64,000 nt of DNA from Clostridia bacterium (GCA_045636425.1 JAZTXM010000013.1:86500-150499), one strand, 5' to 3'; counted from the first letter of the stretch, positions 31,787-43,113 are shown. Numbers and translations: made by a program. Notes: generated from the sequence alone by a model not told the origin.

Positions 31787-32836
31787 ATGAATATACATAC
31801 TTTTGAATTAACTTCAATACTTACTAATGACAAATACTATAAAATACAGAAAGCTTTAAAAAATAAAGATAAATCCAAATGGAAATCCGAACGTAACGGT
31901 ATGCTATATTTTGGTTTACGTGAAAAAGGGATTTTAATTTATATGTTTATACTGAAGAAAAAGAACTACTACTCTTACCGCATTATATATAGAATATCCG
32001 CGAGAAGAGTCCTTGATAAGAATAATTATGTTGATCTTTTTGATTTACAACTATATGACGAATTGGAATTGGAAGCAAATCGACTTCTGTTTGAAAAAAG
32101 TAACCTTCTACCTAAACTGAACGAATGCGAACTTACCCGAATTGATTTTTGTTACAATGCCAGGCTTGAGAATCAGTATCAGGTTAAGGCATACATAAAG
32201 ACAATTAAAAACGGCTACATACCACCAAAACATTACGAGTTTCTCCTCTATAGCGAAACGGGCAAACGGTTTATTCCACCTAAAAATGACTTCACTTTTT
32301 CCAAAGACAACTATGTGGAGATTTCTATATACAACAAAAAGGCTCAGATGAAGCAAGACGACTACTACCCCAAAAGTGAAATTGACAGAGCTTCAAATAT
32401 AGTGAGAATGGAAATCAGATGTTATAAAAAACTAATCAAAGAGTATTGTGAGAAGCATAACATTAATTCCCTGCATCGCTTTATGGGATGCTGTGGTAAT
32501 TTGGGAAACGAGCTTTACAACAAGTATCTTTCTAAAATATCAGGCAGCGGCTGTATATATACTCTCAAAGAAACCAATCAGCGTATTGATATGAGTGAAT
32601 TCCGTAAAAAGGATATAACGCTGATGAAAGAATTTGTTAAGGACATAAATCTCCACGGAGCACCTGAAACTTTTGAAGTATATGAAAGAACATACAGTAA
32701 AGCGATATTAAAAAGAATGGTGGAACTGTTTGAAATAATTGATACAAGCTTTATAACATTACCTGTACGTGAGGCTAAATTGTTTGATAACGGTAAGCTT
32801 CCATCACCTTTAAAGTTGTATTATGAATTATGCTAA
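31787..32836 (+). CDS. Hypothetical protein (possible replication/mobilisation protein of the element)
   Basis: 349 aa, Lys/Tyr-rich. Precedes the Xis-like gene. No motif securely recognised. Confidence 0.35.
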   Translation: MNIHTFELTSILTNDKYYKIQKALKNKDKSKWKSERNGMLYFGLREKGILIYMFILKKKNYYSYRIIYRISARRVLDKNNYVDLFDLQLYDELELEANRLLFEKSNLLPKLNECELTRIDFCYNARLENQYQVKAYIKTIKNGYIPPKHYEFLLYSETGKRFIPPKNDFTFSKDNYVEISIYNKKAQMKQDDYYPKSEIDRASNIVRMEIRCYKKLIKEYCEKHNINSLHRFMGCCGNLGNELYNKYLSKISGSGCIYTLKETNQRIDMSEFRKKDITLMKEFVKDINLHGAPETFEVYERTYSKAILKRMVELFEIIDTSFITLPVREAKLFDNGKLPSPLKLYYELC

Positions 32837-32875
32837 TAACATTAAATTAATAATAAACCGAAAGGAGCACATATA

Positions 32876-33064
32876 ATGTTTGAAAACCCATACGATATCT
32901 TATCTCCCGAAGAAGCAATGGACGAACTTCGGATAGGGAAAAATTCTATTTACGAACTATTGAATTCAGGAAAACTTAAAGGATTTAAAGTAGGACGCAA
33001 CTGGAAGATTCCACGAAAATCTATAGACAAATATATTGACAAAAATATCAGAGAAAGCGAGTAA
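32876..33064 (+). CDS. Excisionase-like HTH protein (MerR/Xis superfamily)
   Basis: 62 aa; ...LRIGKNSIYELLNSGKLKGFKVGRNWKIPRKSIDKYI matches the HTH_17 / Xis signature. Confidence 0.55.
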   Translation: MFENPYDILSPEEAMDELRIGKNSIYELLNSGKLKGFKVGRNWKIPRKSIDKYIDKNIRESE

Positions 33065-33070
33065 ATAATT

Positions 33071-33769
33071 ATGAATAGTTTTGAAGTAATAAGATATTTA
33101 ACAGTACATATGCACGGGTACAAAAGAATCGGCAAAGAAAATGTATTACAGAAAGTTACCGCTACAGGATTCTTTGCGTTCCTTAATATCAACGGTGTCA
33201 GAAAAGATATAATCATAACAGCAAAACACTTTGCGGTTGAAATATCAAGAGTTGTTTTTATGTTACATTACAAAGAGAATGGCAAATTAGTCACAGTTCC
33301 GGTGTCTACAGAAGTAGAGTGGAATTTTTCAGAAGATGCAGACCTTGCTTATTGTGAGTTTAAACCTATTGAGGAACGTTTTCGAAAAATCACCGGAAGA
33401 AGAGTATATGCTGCAGCATTAACCCAGAAGGATTTTTTAACTGAAAAACAATTAAATGAAATCAATATTTTAGACGAGGTTGTTACGGCAGGTTATCCGG
33501 CAGGAGAATCAAGTACACATCACAAATTCCCTTTGTTTTCAAAAGGCTATGTTGCCTCTCTGCCGAAAGATGTTTTTGAAGACGGAGAAGGATTTGTTAA
33601 TATTTCTGCTATAGGAGGCTTCTCCGGTGCACCCGTATTTTTGAACAGCCCCGGTTTAAAGTTTCTTGGAGTTCTTGTAAGCGGTATAATGGAAGAAGAT
33701 TCTGATTCATCAGTGATGTGCAAGTATGTTCCCGCATATAAAATACTTAGGTTATTAGAACAGCAATAA
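33071..33769 (+). CDS. Trypsin-like (S1/S1C) serine protease domain protein
   Basis: TAKH (His), an Asp, and GGFSGAPVF (a GDSGGP-like Ser motif) in the canonical order. No signal peptide. Confidence 0.55.
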   Translation: MNSFEVIRYLTVHMHGYKRIGKENVLQKVTATGFFAFLNINGVRKDIIITAKHFAVEISRVVFMLHYKENGKLVTVPVSTEVEWNFSEDADLAYCEFKPIEERFRKITGRRVYAAALTQKDFLTEKQLNEINILDEVVTAGYPAGESSTHHKFPLFSKGYVASLPKDVFEDGEGFVNISAIGGFSGAPVFLNSPGLKFLGVLVSGIMEEDSDSSVMCKYVPAYKILRLLEQQ

Positions 33770-33945
33770 TCAGCTTATAAAGGGTTTCCAAAGTGTGGAA
33801 GCCCTTTAAGATTTTATTTTGAAAATAACAGATAATTAATAATAAAAGATAACAAACGTAGGAGAAAAAACTTATGAAATTTTCGGATAATCAAACCTGT
33901 GAAATAGGTACTATTATAATGAACGTCAATAAGGAGGCAAATTAA

Positions 33946-34131
33946 ATGAGCAAGCAATTCTATACTATGAAAGAACTTAGAGAAATAATGCCAATAGGCA
34001 CTAACAACTTGTATAACTTGGTTCATTCTGCCGAGTTCCCATCAATCACAATAAATCGCAGAATTATAATTCCAATAGCTGAATTTAATGAATGGATAAA
34101 ATCATCTGCAGGAAAGAAATTCAAAGTATAA
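33946..34131 (+). CDS. xis: Excisionase-like HTH protein (Xis)
   Basis: 61 aa; MKELREIMPIGTNNLYNLVHSAEFPSITINRRIIIP. Immediately upstream of the integrase. Confidence 0.6.
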   Translation: MSKQFYTMKELREIMPIGTNNLYNLVHSAEFPSITINRRIIIPIAEFNEWIKSSAGKKFKV

Positions 34132-34197
34132 CAAAATCACTTGTCCCCTTGAGGCAATTTGCTTCAAGGGGCTTTTTTTATTTTAGGAGGAAAGATT

Positions 34198-35335
34198 ATG
34201 AGTAAAAGAGGAAATAACGAAGGCAGTATTGTAAAACGTAAAGACGGACGTTGGCAAGGAGCCGTAACAATCGGAAGAAATCCTGACGGCACTCAAAAGA
34301 GGCAGTATGTCTATGGCAAAACAAGAACTGAAGTTTCAGAAAAGATTAACTCTATTCTGTTTGATATTAATAATGGAACATATATTGATAAAAGTCAGAA
34401 TCCTACAGTAAAACAATGGCTTTACACCTGGCTAACCACTTATAAGAAAAACAGTATTAAGCCTAGGACGCTGGACCAGTATACAAGCATCATAAGATAC
34501 CATCTTATTCCGGAGATTGGCGACATACGATTAGTTGATCTCAAGGAAACCAATTTGCAAAGATTCTATAACAGGCTCTCAAAAGAAGGACTATCTCCAA
34601 GGACTATCCAGCTTATTAATACCGTACTATACGGTGCAATAAAAAAAGCTATAAAGTGCGGTCTGGTAATAAGAAATGTATGCGATGCTGTTGAGCTACC
34701 AAAACAACAGAAGAAAGAAAGAAAGGCGTGTATTAACTCCTGAGGAACAGGAAAGCTTACTGGAGGTTTTAAAAGAATCAGAATATGGTGCTATGTATAT
34801 CTTCGCTCTTTTCACAGGATTAAGAAAAGGCGAAGTCCTTGCTCTTACCTGGTCCGATATAGATTTAGCTAATCACTTAATTAACGTAAATAAAACTCTA
34901 GGGCGTGTAAATACATATGTTGATACAGGAAATAAGACTCAGCTTGTAGTAAGCACCCCAAAGACTCAAACGAGCATGAGAGTGATTCCTATCATCGAAT
35001 CTCTGATTCCACTTCTTGAAAAGCAGAGAAAACTTACTCAAGGCAGCCAGTCAAATCTTGTCTTTCCTTCGGACGCTGACACTTACATCGACCCCGGTAA
35101 CTATAACAGACTTTTCTACAAGCTTGTGAAGAAAGCCGGAATTCCCAAGGCTCACCCCCATTCACTCAGACACAGCTTCGCAACACGAGCGCTGGAAGCC
35201 GGACTGGACCTCAAAACAACGCAGGAGCTTTTGGGGCATAGTTCAATTGACATCACCGCCAATCTGTACACCCACGCCCTGTTGGAGCACAAGCAGAAAG
35301 AAATTAAAAAGCTTGAATCCGTGTTTAATTTATAA
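34198..35335 (+). pseudogene. int: Tyrosine integrase (phage/ICE type), frameshifted in an A-rich run
   Basis: The N-terminal SAM-like / arm-binding part (34198-34743) and the catalytic part (34676-35335; HSLRHSFAT, LGHSSIDITANLYTH) are in different frames. They overlap around AGAAAGAAAGAAAGG at 34712-34726. Confidence 0.75.
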
Positions 35336-35441
35336 TATATATTTTTAATAATGTATTCGCACATATCGTTTTTCAAAAATAAAAAACGGAACACGGATTA
35401 TTGACAAGAGCATCTCCCTGTGATATGATTTTCACAAGGAG

Positions 35442-37355
35442 GTGCTCTTACCTATGAAGCCTAGCTATATGAATATTGAACCTATGAACTCAACCATCAT
35501 CCATGCAAAAGATTTGACGAAGATAAGCAATGGAAAGTATTTTGTCAAAGATGATTGCACCTTTTTCAAAAGTCCGCATAGCAGCCGAAAAATTTGTAAT
35601 TTTTATGTCAGAGAACTTAAATTCAACCGAAATTTTGAAACCGTAATCAGTTTTACTGTAACCTTAAAGCTAGTAGATGAATACGGCATCTATGATGAGG
35701 AAAACACTTTTCCGATATGTTATTATGATGAACCGATTGGCTGGTTAAGATATGGTTTTGACCCATCTTCTTTTCATATATACGAGCAAAAAGCTCACTT
35801 TAACTTGCATATGAAAGAAATTTTCAATTTGATATGTTCAGAAGAATACTGCAGTTGCGAAGAAGCAATCCTTGGTTGGGACTTTGATACTGTAAATTCC
35901 AATAAACCGTTGGCATTTAGGAATACATACGATTTCAACAAAATCGAAAACCCATTTGATTCAGTATATCAGCCTTTGGATGAAGTTACAAAAGAAGAAG
36001 TCCCTGAAGAAATGTTATTCAAATATATGAAACTCGCAGATTTAAAAGTTTCAGTTCCTTTAATGTCATTTATGTTGCTTGCAGCATTAAATAGCTTTGA
36101 ACTGTTAGGCACTAATACGAGACCAGGTTTCGTTGTGGCAATCACCGGTAAAACAGAAGAAGTAAGACGAAAGACTGCTCTCTTCTTCACAAATCTTTTC
36201 AAAAGAGACTCTACATTCAATAAAAACGAATATAAGCTATTTCACATTACGCAATCTGATACGCTGACAGACATCCGTTTTAAATCCGAGTATGCTAAAG
36301 ATTGTGTCCTTATTGCTTTTGAACCCGACAAGAGGCATTTGAATTATTTAATTAATGATTTATATAAAACAAATGTAGTTGATAAAGAACATCCTATTCG
36401 TAGTCTCTGTTTATTTACAGCGGATAACATTGATGATATAAAGGCAGACAATATAATCAATGTGCATCTCGACGAGAATTTTAATCTGGATCGAGTTATT
36501 AAATTCTTTTCACCTGAAAAAAACAAGCGACAAAAGAAAGATAAATTAATTGAAAGTATCTATTACTATATAAACGCACTTATAGGCAGGCTATTAGATA
36601 ACGGTCATTTTATAAACGAACAATTTCAAAACCATAAGTTGATTTTTGAAGCATCACATAGGATTTCTGATTTTTCTGATTCTGCTTACACTGCATCTGT
36701 TTTACTTAGTTTTGCCATTAATATGTATAGATATTATTCTGCAGGTACGGGCTCTCTCCTTTTGTTTGAGAAAATTGATAAAATACTTATTCAAACTACA
36801 AAAAATTCTTTTCCTAAAAAAGGAGAATCAACTGAAGATGATTTTTCTGATGCAAGGAAAGTATGCACTATACTCGACGATTATTTCTACAAAAACAAAG
36901 ATGAAATCTCTAAAGTCAAACAATCAGAATATTCAGGCCCGGTATTAATGTGGTATGACGAAAAGTATTTATATATTAAAGGAAAAAGTCTGACCAAAGT
37001 ACTTAATAACAGCGGGACTAAATCAAAATTTTCTGTAAGTGTAAAGAAAAGTATGGCCGAGAAAGGCATTATTGAATCTTACAAAAAAGAAAATGGACAA
37101 TATGAATATAGCATCAATCTGCAAAAACAAGTGTATAATAGCTTAAAGACAAAAGGTCGATTTGTTGCCTTTAACAGAGAGAAGTGCAGAGAATACGATT
37201 TGTTCAAAAAGATTGAGGAGCATCGTATAGTTCCGGAGCCAGCAGTAGAAGCAACACCTCTTTCAATTCCGTTATCACGGATTAGAGGAAGCCACTATTT
37301 GGATTTGAATAACTCCGATATAGAGATAGTTTTTGAGACGAGAGGAAAAGAATAA
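35442..37355 (+). CDS. Large hypothetical protein (637 aa), element cargo
   Basis: No recognised motif. Lys/Asn-rich. Confidence 0.35.
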   Translation: MLLPMKPSYMNIEPMNSTIIHAKDLTKISNGKYFVKDDCTFFKSPHSSRKICNFYVRELKFNRNFETVISFTVTLKLVDEYGIYDEENTFPICYYDEPIGWLRYGFDPSSFHIYEQKAHFNLHMKEIFNLICSEEYCSCEEAILGWDFDTVNSNKPLAFRNTYDFNKIENPFDSVYQPLDEVTKEEVPEEMLFKYMKLADLKVSVPLMSFMLLAALNSFELLGTNTRPGFVVAITGKTEEVRRKTALFFTNLFKRDSTFNKNEYKLFHITQSDTLTDIRFKSEYAKDCVLIAFEPDKRHLNYLINDLYKTNVVDKEHPIRSLCLFTADNIDDIKADNIINVHLDENFNLDRVIKFFSPEKNKRQKKDKLIESIYYYINALIGRLLDNGHFINEQFQNHKLIFEASHRISDFSDSAYTASVLLSFAINMYRYYSAGTGSLLLFEKIDKILIQTTKNSFPKKGESTEDDFSDARKVCTILDDYFYKNKDEISKVKQSEYSGPVLMWYDEKYLYIKGKSLTKVLNNSGTKSKFSVSVKKSMAEKGIIESYKKENGQYEYSINLQKQVYNSLKTKGRFVAFNREKCREYDLFKKIEEHRIVPEPAVEATPLSIPLSRIRGSHYLDLNNSDIEIVFETRGKE

Positions 37356-37611
37356 TTAAAATTTGAACCTTAATTAAAATTTTAAGTAACAAAAGCCCTC
37401 TCTTTTTTATTAGAATTCCCCGTCAGTTCTGAAAGCTCAGAACTGACGGGGTTGTTTTTTCTTTTTTCACCAAACATTTACACTTATAACACTTTTTGTG
37501 GCTGATAATAAATATGGCAATCTAATGTAATATTTTTTAGGAATCATTGACAACCTGTCATTGTAATGATATAATGTTAATGTAACATCACAATGATATG
37601 GAGAGGTAATT

Positions 37612-38310
37612 ATGAGTAATATAATTATATTGCACGGAACAGATCACATTATAGAAAATCCTGATATAAATATCGGTAATGAGCACAATGATTATGGCAG
37701 AGGTTTTTATTGCACAAAATCTGAAGAGATGGCAAAGGAATGGGCTTGTAAGCAAAATACAGACGGTTTTGCAAATCGTTATGAATTAAATACAGACGGT
37801 CTCAAAATTTTAAATTTGACCGACGGTCAGCATACAGTATTAAACTGGATTGCAATTTTACTTAAATACCGCACATTTAAATTAAGTTCTGAAATCGCTA
37901 TTGATGCAAGAGAATATATTATAGATCACTATTCGGTTAATATTGCGGATTTCGATGTGGTTGTGGGATATCGTGCTGATGACTCCTATTTCCAATATGC
38001 TGAAAGTTTTGTTTCCAATGGTCTCCCCCTTCGCAGTTTAAATAAAGCATTAAGGCTTGGAAAACTTGGAGAACAAACTGTTTTGGTATCACAGAAAGCA
38101 TTTGAGCAGATTAAATTTATTGATGCTGCTCCTGTGTCAAAGGATGAGTATTATCCAAAGTTTATTGACCGTGATTCTTCTGCTCGAAAAGCATTTAAGC
38201 AAGAAATCAAAAAAAGCAAGGTCTACCGTGATGATATATTTGTACTCGATATTTTAAGAGAGGAGATGCAGAATAATGACCCACGCATACAGCGAATTAT
38301 ATTTGAGTGA
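37612..38310 (+). CDS. DUF3990-like protein (hypothetical)
   Basis: N-terminal ILHGTDHIIENPD...GRGFYCT, which I recall as the DUF3990 signature. Paired with a DUF3791-like gene. Confidence 0.4.
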   Translation: MSNIIILHGTDHIIENPDINIGNEHNDYGRGFYCTKSEEMAKEWACKQNTDGFANRYELNTDGLKILNLTDGQHTVLNWIAILLKYRTFKLSSEIAIDAREYIIDHYSVNIADFDVVVGYRADDSYFQYAESFVSNGLPLRSLNKALRLGKLGEQTVLVSQKAFEQIKFIDAAPVSKDEYYPKFIDRDSSARKAFKQEIKKSKVYRDDIFVLDILREEMQNNDPRIQRIIFE

Positions 38311-38923
38311 TGCAAAAAGTTGCCTTGCCTGTATGTTTGATTATACAATAAACGATTGCAAGCTTGAAAGTGATTGGATTGCATCACTTTTTATGACTAC
38401 AGGCTATGCACAAAAGTTTGAAACTGGTAATCCCGCTATTATTTCAGGAATGTCAGGAATCGAACTCGGAAAAGCAATCGTAAAAAAGGCCTATAACAGA
38501 AAGGATGCCCCCGAAGCAAATTTCCGTGAAGACCGTTCTCCCGAATATTGGGCAGGTTGGGCTTTGGCAGAATATCAGTGGTTTTCAGGTCGCATATTTA
38601 AAGATATCTTTGAACGTATTCCGCTTTCAAAAATCATCAATATGTATTCTGTTTATCATGAAATGGATATAAGCCAGTTTATAGATTCAATGGAAAAGTT
38701 CTATAACGAAACAATTCTTGAAACCAAGCTTAAAAGAATTCGTGAAAACCGAGGTGTTTCTCAATCAGAACTTGCAAAACTTTCAGGTGTTAAACTTCGC
38801 TCTATCCAGATGTATGAGCAGAAGGTTAATGACATAGATAAAGCACAAGGACATACATTATATAAAATCTCAAGAGTCCTCGGATGTAATATTGAGGATT
38901 TGCTTGAAAATCCAATGGGTTGA
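38276..38923 (+). CDS. DUF3791-like protein with C-terminal XRE HTH
   Basis: C-terminal HTH (LKRIRENRGVSQSELAKLSGVKLRSIQMYEQ). Its 3' end is part of the repeated element-end module. Confidence 0.45.
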   Translation: MTHAYSELYLSDAKSCLACMFDYTINDCKLESDWIASLFMTTGYAQKFETGNPAIISGMSGIELGKAIVKKAYNRKDAPEANFREDRSPEYWAGWALAEYQWFSGRIFKDIFERIPLSKIINMYSVYHEMDISQFIDSMEKFYNETILETKLKRIRENRGVSQSELAKLSGVKLRSIQMYEQKVNDIDKAQGHTLYKISRVLGCNIEDLLENPMG

Positions 38924-38980
38924 GTACTTTTTATGAACGATAATCTTTATTTCGTGCACAAAACAGAGGATTTCTCTTAG

Positions 38981-39075
38981 CAGATGTCAAATAGATGTCA
39001 AAACTGCATTTTTTTAAACAAAGCAAAAAAGTAAAAACCGCTTAACCATATTGGTTAAGCGGTTTTCCAGTGGCA
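38981..39075. repeat. Third copy of the element-end module (agatgtcaaa twice, terminator hairpin, degenerate tRNA-core remnant)
   Basis: cagatgtcaaatagatgtcaaaac...aaaaccgcttaaccatattggttaagcggtttt, then ccagtggcaaaaaag in place of aactggtgagccatcggag. Confidence 0.55.
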
Positions 39076-39180
39076 AAAAAGATGCAACGTTTTTTTAACG
39101 ATATACTTGCTGCCACTCGTGGGATATATTTGCTTTAAAAACTCAGCCATTTATAACAATGTTTTCTTGCCATAGCACCA

Positions 39181-42100
39181 CTAATTCTCGTCGTCATCTT
39201 CCCTTCTCCGAGTTTCTTGTTCAAGTTGATGATGTCTAATATTAAGTTTTGCCTCTCTGACATATCCATCAGAAATAAGACGAAGTGTTTCTGCATACTT
39301 TGCATATCCTATTGATTCAGCGGATTCTGCAAGTTTCTTATATTTTTTAGCAAGTTGGAATTCCGGCTTCCCTTCGGGATCAATCCATACAACTCCTCGC
39401 TGATTAAAAGTACCAATCCTATATCCCACACGCATTTCTTCATTTTCAATCTTATTGAGTTCTCTCATGATAAAATCATCAATAAGACCATTCTCAAGTT
39501 TACGCGCATAAGAAAGGCCATTACCGATTGTTTGCTGAACTATAGCTTCTCGATCTTCTACCTTAGCCCAAGCCTTGCAATAGTTAACCCATTCGCAAAA
39601 ATCGTTTTCGTTGTAGTTTCCATCCCAATCTGTTCCTGGAATCACACAAAAATCGTGTAGAATTTTCCAAAGTCTCTTTGCCATATGTTCCGAGATGTTT
39701 TCTTCGTGTGTTTCAGAATGTCTTTTCTTATAGAATAGTCTTATCAGTTCGCAGAAAAACATTGGCTCATTTGCCAATCGATATCTCAAAGCTAATGGTT
39801 TTACTTTGGAATATTCATCAAGCCAAGATAAATATATAAGTTCTACATCAGAAATTTCCTCTATGCTTATACTCCTCGTCTGCTGTAATAATTCAATCAA
39901 ATTTCTAACAGCATCGGGATCCAACCTATCACCGCTTTCAGTGATTGCAGCTTGAGTTAACACTTCGTGTAATTTGTCATGAGAAATACTACAATTTTCA
40001 GCCGTGATACCAAAAAGATTAATAGCCGTAGCATATCGTTTTTGTTCAACCAACTGCCCCCACACATAGTTTAAATCAACTTCATCATCCAAGCCAAGAC
40101 GTGGAACAACGATAGAATTCCAATACAAATTGCTCTGCTCGCCAAGTATGTCTTTGACAATTTCAAACAAACGCATAGAGGGACGAAGACATGAAAGAAC
40201 CCAAGAAACATAATCCAAACTATAAGTTTCCAACTCTGTTTGAATTATCGCATCATAATCATTGGCTATTATATATCCGTTAATTATTGATGCAAAAATC
40301 TCCTTACTCAACCTGGACTCATAACACATTTTTAAAAGCGCTTTTATGTCTTCTTCTTTTAGTTGCTTACCTAAGTTTTGAGCAATCCATGCTTCGTTGT
40401 TGAGTTCTTTTGCAAATTCTACTACTGAATCTATTCCGTACGAAACATATATTTCATAAACTGAGGTTTCTTGCTTATTACACTTAGCTTCCCATTTTGT
40501 ATGAAATTCACCCTCATTGTCATAATCAAAATATCCTGGTTCATACAATCTTCTATATATATATCTAATATCCGTAGGAGCAACTTTTTCAATAGTAGTA
40601 TCTAGTAACTTCATCATGAAATCGTCCAATTCATCCTCTGTGTTATGAACTAACCATTCTTTTTGATTTACAAGCTGTTTCCAAAATGGATATTTTTTCG
40701 AGTCATCCCATTCCATTGCCTGTTCTGATATTAAAGATAAATACTCTACGATTGTATCACGGTCCATATCATCGTAATATGATAACAGATCAACCATTTT
40801 AGAATGGTCATCTTTAGCTAACCCTAACGCTAAGTGTGAATAATATCGGTACAAATCTAAAATATCTTCATCAGGAGTTCTAACTTCTTTCGGGGAAATT
40901 GAAATAATATATCGAGGTTGATGTGTATCTCCGGTGTAACGTGTAGTATGTGGAAGTAGCCCTTTGATCACTATCCAAGCAATGTCAGGACATTCTTGTT
41001 GTAATGCTTTAATTGCATTCTTCTGCTTTTCTTTTGATGCTAAAGTCTGTATATGCCACGGGAGCATAATGCTAATAATAGAATTAATCGGTGTATTAGA
41101 TGAATTGGTCTTATCAAATTTCAATTTTGAAATCTGACCTAATATTCTAATGCATTTTACAAAATATTTTTTATCCCAGGCCAAGCCTTCCAAAGACCAC
41201 AATATTGAACAAATGAAATTTCTGGAAAACAACAAATTATCGCCATTCTTCGGAAATAAAGATTCTATATTTTGAGGAACATTAACAATTTGCCTCTCCA
41301 AACAAGATAAATACTCTGTTGGGTGAATTTCAGCAACAGTCGGCAGATGTGAATTTAAACTCATCCACGTCGAACTACTCGCTTCAGAGAATAAGTTGCG
41401 AATCAACATTATAGCTTCATAATTAACTGTTTCTGAAGAACACGACAATTGCGTTCCAAACAGATTGCAAATCATTGCAAGGCCATGTATTATTCCATTT
41501 CGTAATGCTTCAGAATGAACAAACGGTCCAGACTCTGGCACTAGGATACTAAAATCACCATTATCCTGAATTCGTTTATCTTTTTCTTTAAGAACCTCTT
41601 GAGAGGTTTCAAAGAATTTTTTTATATCATTTTCAAAATATAATTTTGAACAAATTTTGATAATTGCTCGTCTATGATTAACATACCATAGTCCTTGTGA
41701 AAAAGAAACATTTGGGTTTGGCTGCAAAGAATTCTCTTGTATTATTTTTTGGATTTCCAAATAACTTCTTCCTAAAAACGACTCCAAAAATTTCTTATCA
41801 AAATCATTTTTTTCATTCCAGGATCCTACCAAAGCCAACTTTGCCCAAATGGAATCAATATCGAAATCAAGGGGTTCCGGCATAACATCGGATATCGCTA
41901 ATAAGTTTTCGAATTTTTGCTTGATATACTCTGGAATATTATCCAATGTAATATGTGCGGCCGCTTTATCACAGCTCGCTGCATAATCAACGAGTTGAGC
42001 CCAAACCGATACAGCGTTTTCCTTACTATTTGAAGCAATTAATGCATGAATTAAAAATTTATTTATGCTACTCTCATAATCCAAGTCAAAGACAAGAATT

Positions 42101-42705
42101 GTAAAGACTTTACAGAATTCCCACAATTGCTCGTCAGTAATATCTTGATCATTATTAGCCTTTTTTAAAAGAACTTTGATGGCATGCAACTTTTCTCGGT
42201 TGGTGCCATTAGAGTATCCCGGTCTATCGATTCTGTCAACGAAATCGTTCGCATCTAATGCACCGTTTGCTTGATCATAAATAAAGCGCAACGAATTTGC
42301 GTTCGCAACTGATCCCGAAATCAATACTATTTTATCAGTTCGCTTATCAAACATCGGTTTGTTAAAATCACTCCAAGCAGAAATAACAACATCCTTAAAT
42401 GTAGCATTGTTTTCGGTAAGAGTTATCCCATGCTTGATTTGACACACTAACTTTGCAGAATATGTATCAAATGACGAAAATAAAACGATATCATCAGTAT
42501 CATATCCCGATCTTTTAGCTTGAAAAAGCACCGATGTTATGGGCAAATTCAGCAAAGGCGAAAATCCATCTACCAACAACGTCAACAAAAATGCGGCTTG
42601 GACACGATGTTCAAAATCCACCCCTCCACCGCCAGTTGAAAAAGGGTTGCTGAGCGCTGATACCGTTGCCTTGTTGTGTTTTTCTTGGTTTTCTTTTGTT
42701 ATCAT
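39181..42705 (-). CDS. Large (1174 aa) uncharacterised protein: possible N-terminal PD-(D/E)xK-like motif plus a long alpha-helical repeat region
   Basis: N-terminal STGGGGVDFEHR...YDTDDIVLF...AKLVCQIK has the D...D...QxK spacing of restriction-endonuclease-like folds. The remaining roughly 900 aa are helical with no NTPase motif. Confidence 0.45.
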   Translation of the reverse strand: MITKENQEKHNKATVSALSNPFSTGGGGVDFEHRVQAAFLLTLLVDGFSPLLNLPITSVLFQAKRSGYDTDDIVLFSSFDTYSAKLVCQIKHGITLTENNATFKDVVISAWSDFNKPMFDKRTDKIVLISGSVANANSLRFIYDQANGALDANDFVDRIDRPGYSNGTNREKLHAIKVLLKKANNDQDITDEQLWEFCKVFTILVFDLDYESSINKFLIHALIASNSKENAVSVWAQLVDYAASCDKAAAHITLDNIPEYIKQKFENLLAISDVMPEPLDFDIDSIWAKLALVGSWNEKNDFDKKFLESFLGRSYLEIQKIIQENSLQPNPNVSFSQGLWYVNHRRAIIKICSKLYFENDIKKFFETSQEVLKEKDKRIQDNGDFSILVPESGPFVHSEALRNGIIHGLAMICNLFGTQLSCSSETVNYEAIMLIRNLFSEASSSTWMSLNSHLPTVAEIHPTEYLSCLERQIVNVPQNIESLFPKNGDNLLFSRNFICSILWSLEGLAWDKKYFVKCIRILGQISKLKFDKTNSSNTPINSIISIMLPWHIQTLASKEKQKNAIKALQQECPDIAWIVIKGLLPHTTRYTGDTHQPRYIISISPKEVRTPDEDILDLYRYYSHLALGLAKDDHSKMVDLLSYYDDMDRDTIVEYLSLISEQAMEWDDSKKYPFWKQLVNQKEWLVHNTEDELDDFMMKLLDTTIEKVAPTDIRYIYRRLYEPGYFDYDNEGEFHTKWEAKCNKQETSVYEIYVSYGIDSVVEFAKELNNEAWIAQNLGKQLKEEDIKALLKMCYESRLSKEIFASIINGYIIANDYDAIIQTELETYSLDYVSWVLSCLRPSMRLFEIVKDILGEQSNLYWNSIVVPRLGLDDEVDLNYVWGQLVEQKRYATAINLFGITAENCSISHDKLHEVLTQAAITESGDRLDPDAVRNLIELLQQTRSISIEEISDVELIYLSWLDEYSKVKPLALRYRLANEPMFFCELIRLFYKKRHSETHEENISEHMAKRLWKILHDFCVIPGTDWDGNYNENDFCEWVNYCKAWAKVEDREAIVQQTIGNGLSYARKLENGLIDDFIMRELNKIENEEMRVGYRIGTFNQRGVVWIDPEGKPEFQLAKKYKKLAESAESIGYAKYAETLRLISDGYVREAKLNIRHHQLEQETRRREDDDEN

Positions 42706-43113
42706 TAATTACCACCTATTTTTTTCGTACAGAATGTTTTCGATATCAAAGATAATTCGAATTTTGGTTAACCATCGTTGTATTTATAACTCTACGCTTA
42801 AAACATCTTTCTTATAACAACAGCTTGCTCCGGAATTATAACAGGGGTTATTCCTTCACCTCTATCATATCCATAATAAGAATGGCTGAAGAGTAAGTTT
42901 GATTCAAAAGCAAATAAATTGATTTTATAATGCACGAAGTACAATTCATGAGCTGTAGGCTTGATTCATGAAATCCTTGATTTCAATCAACCCCACCAGC
43001 CAATTCATTGTTTTTAAGCTTTACTTGAAATCTTTATAGAATCAGTGAACAATTTAGATGCCACTAATTTTAGCAATAATTCGTGTTAAGTTAGAAATAA
43101 AAAATATTTAACC

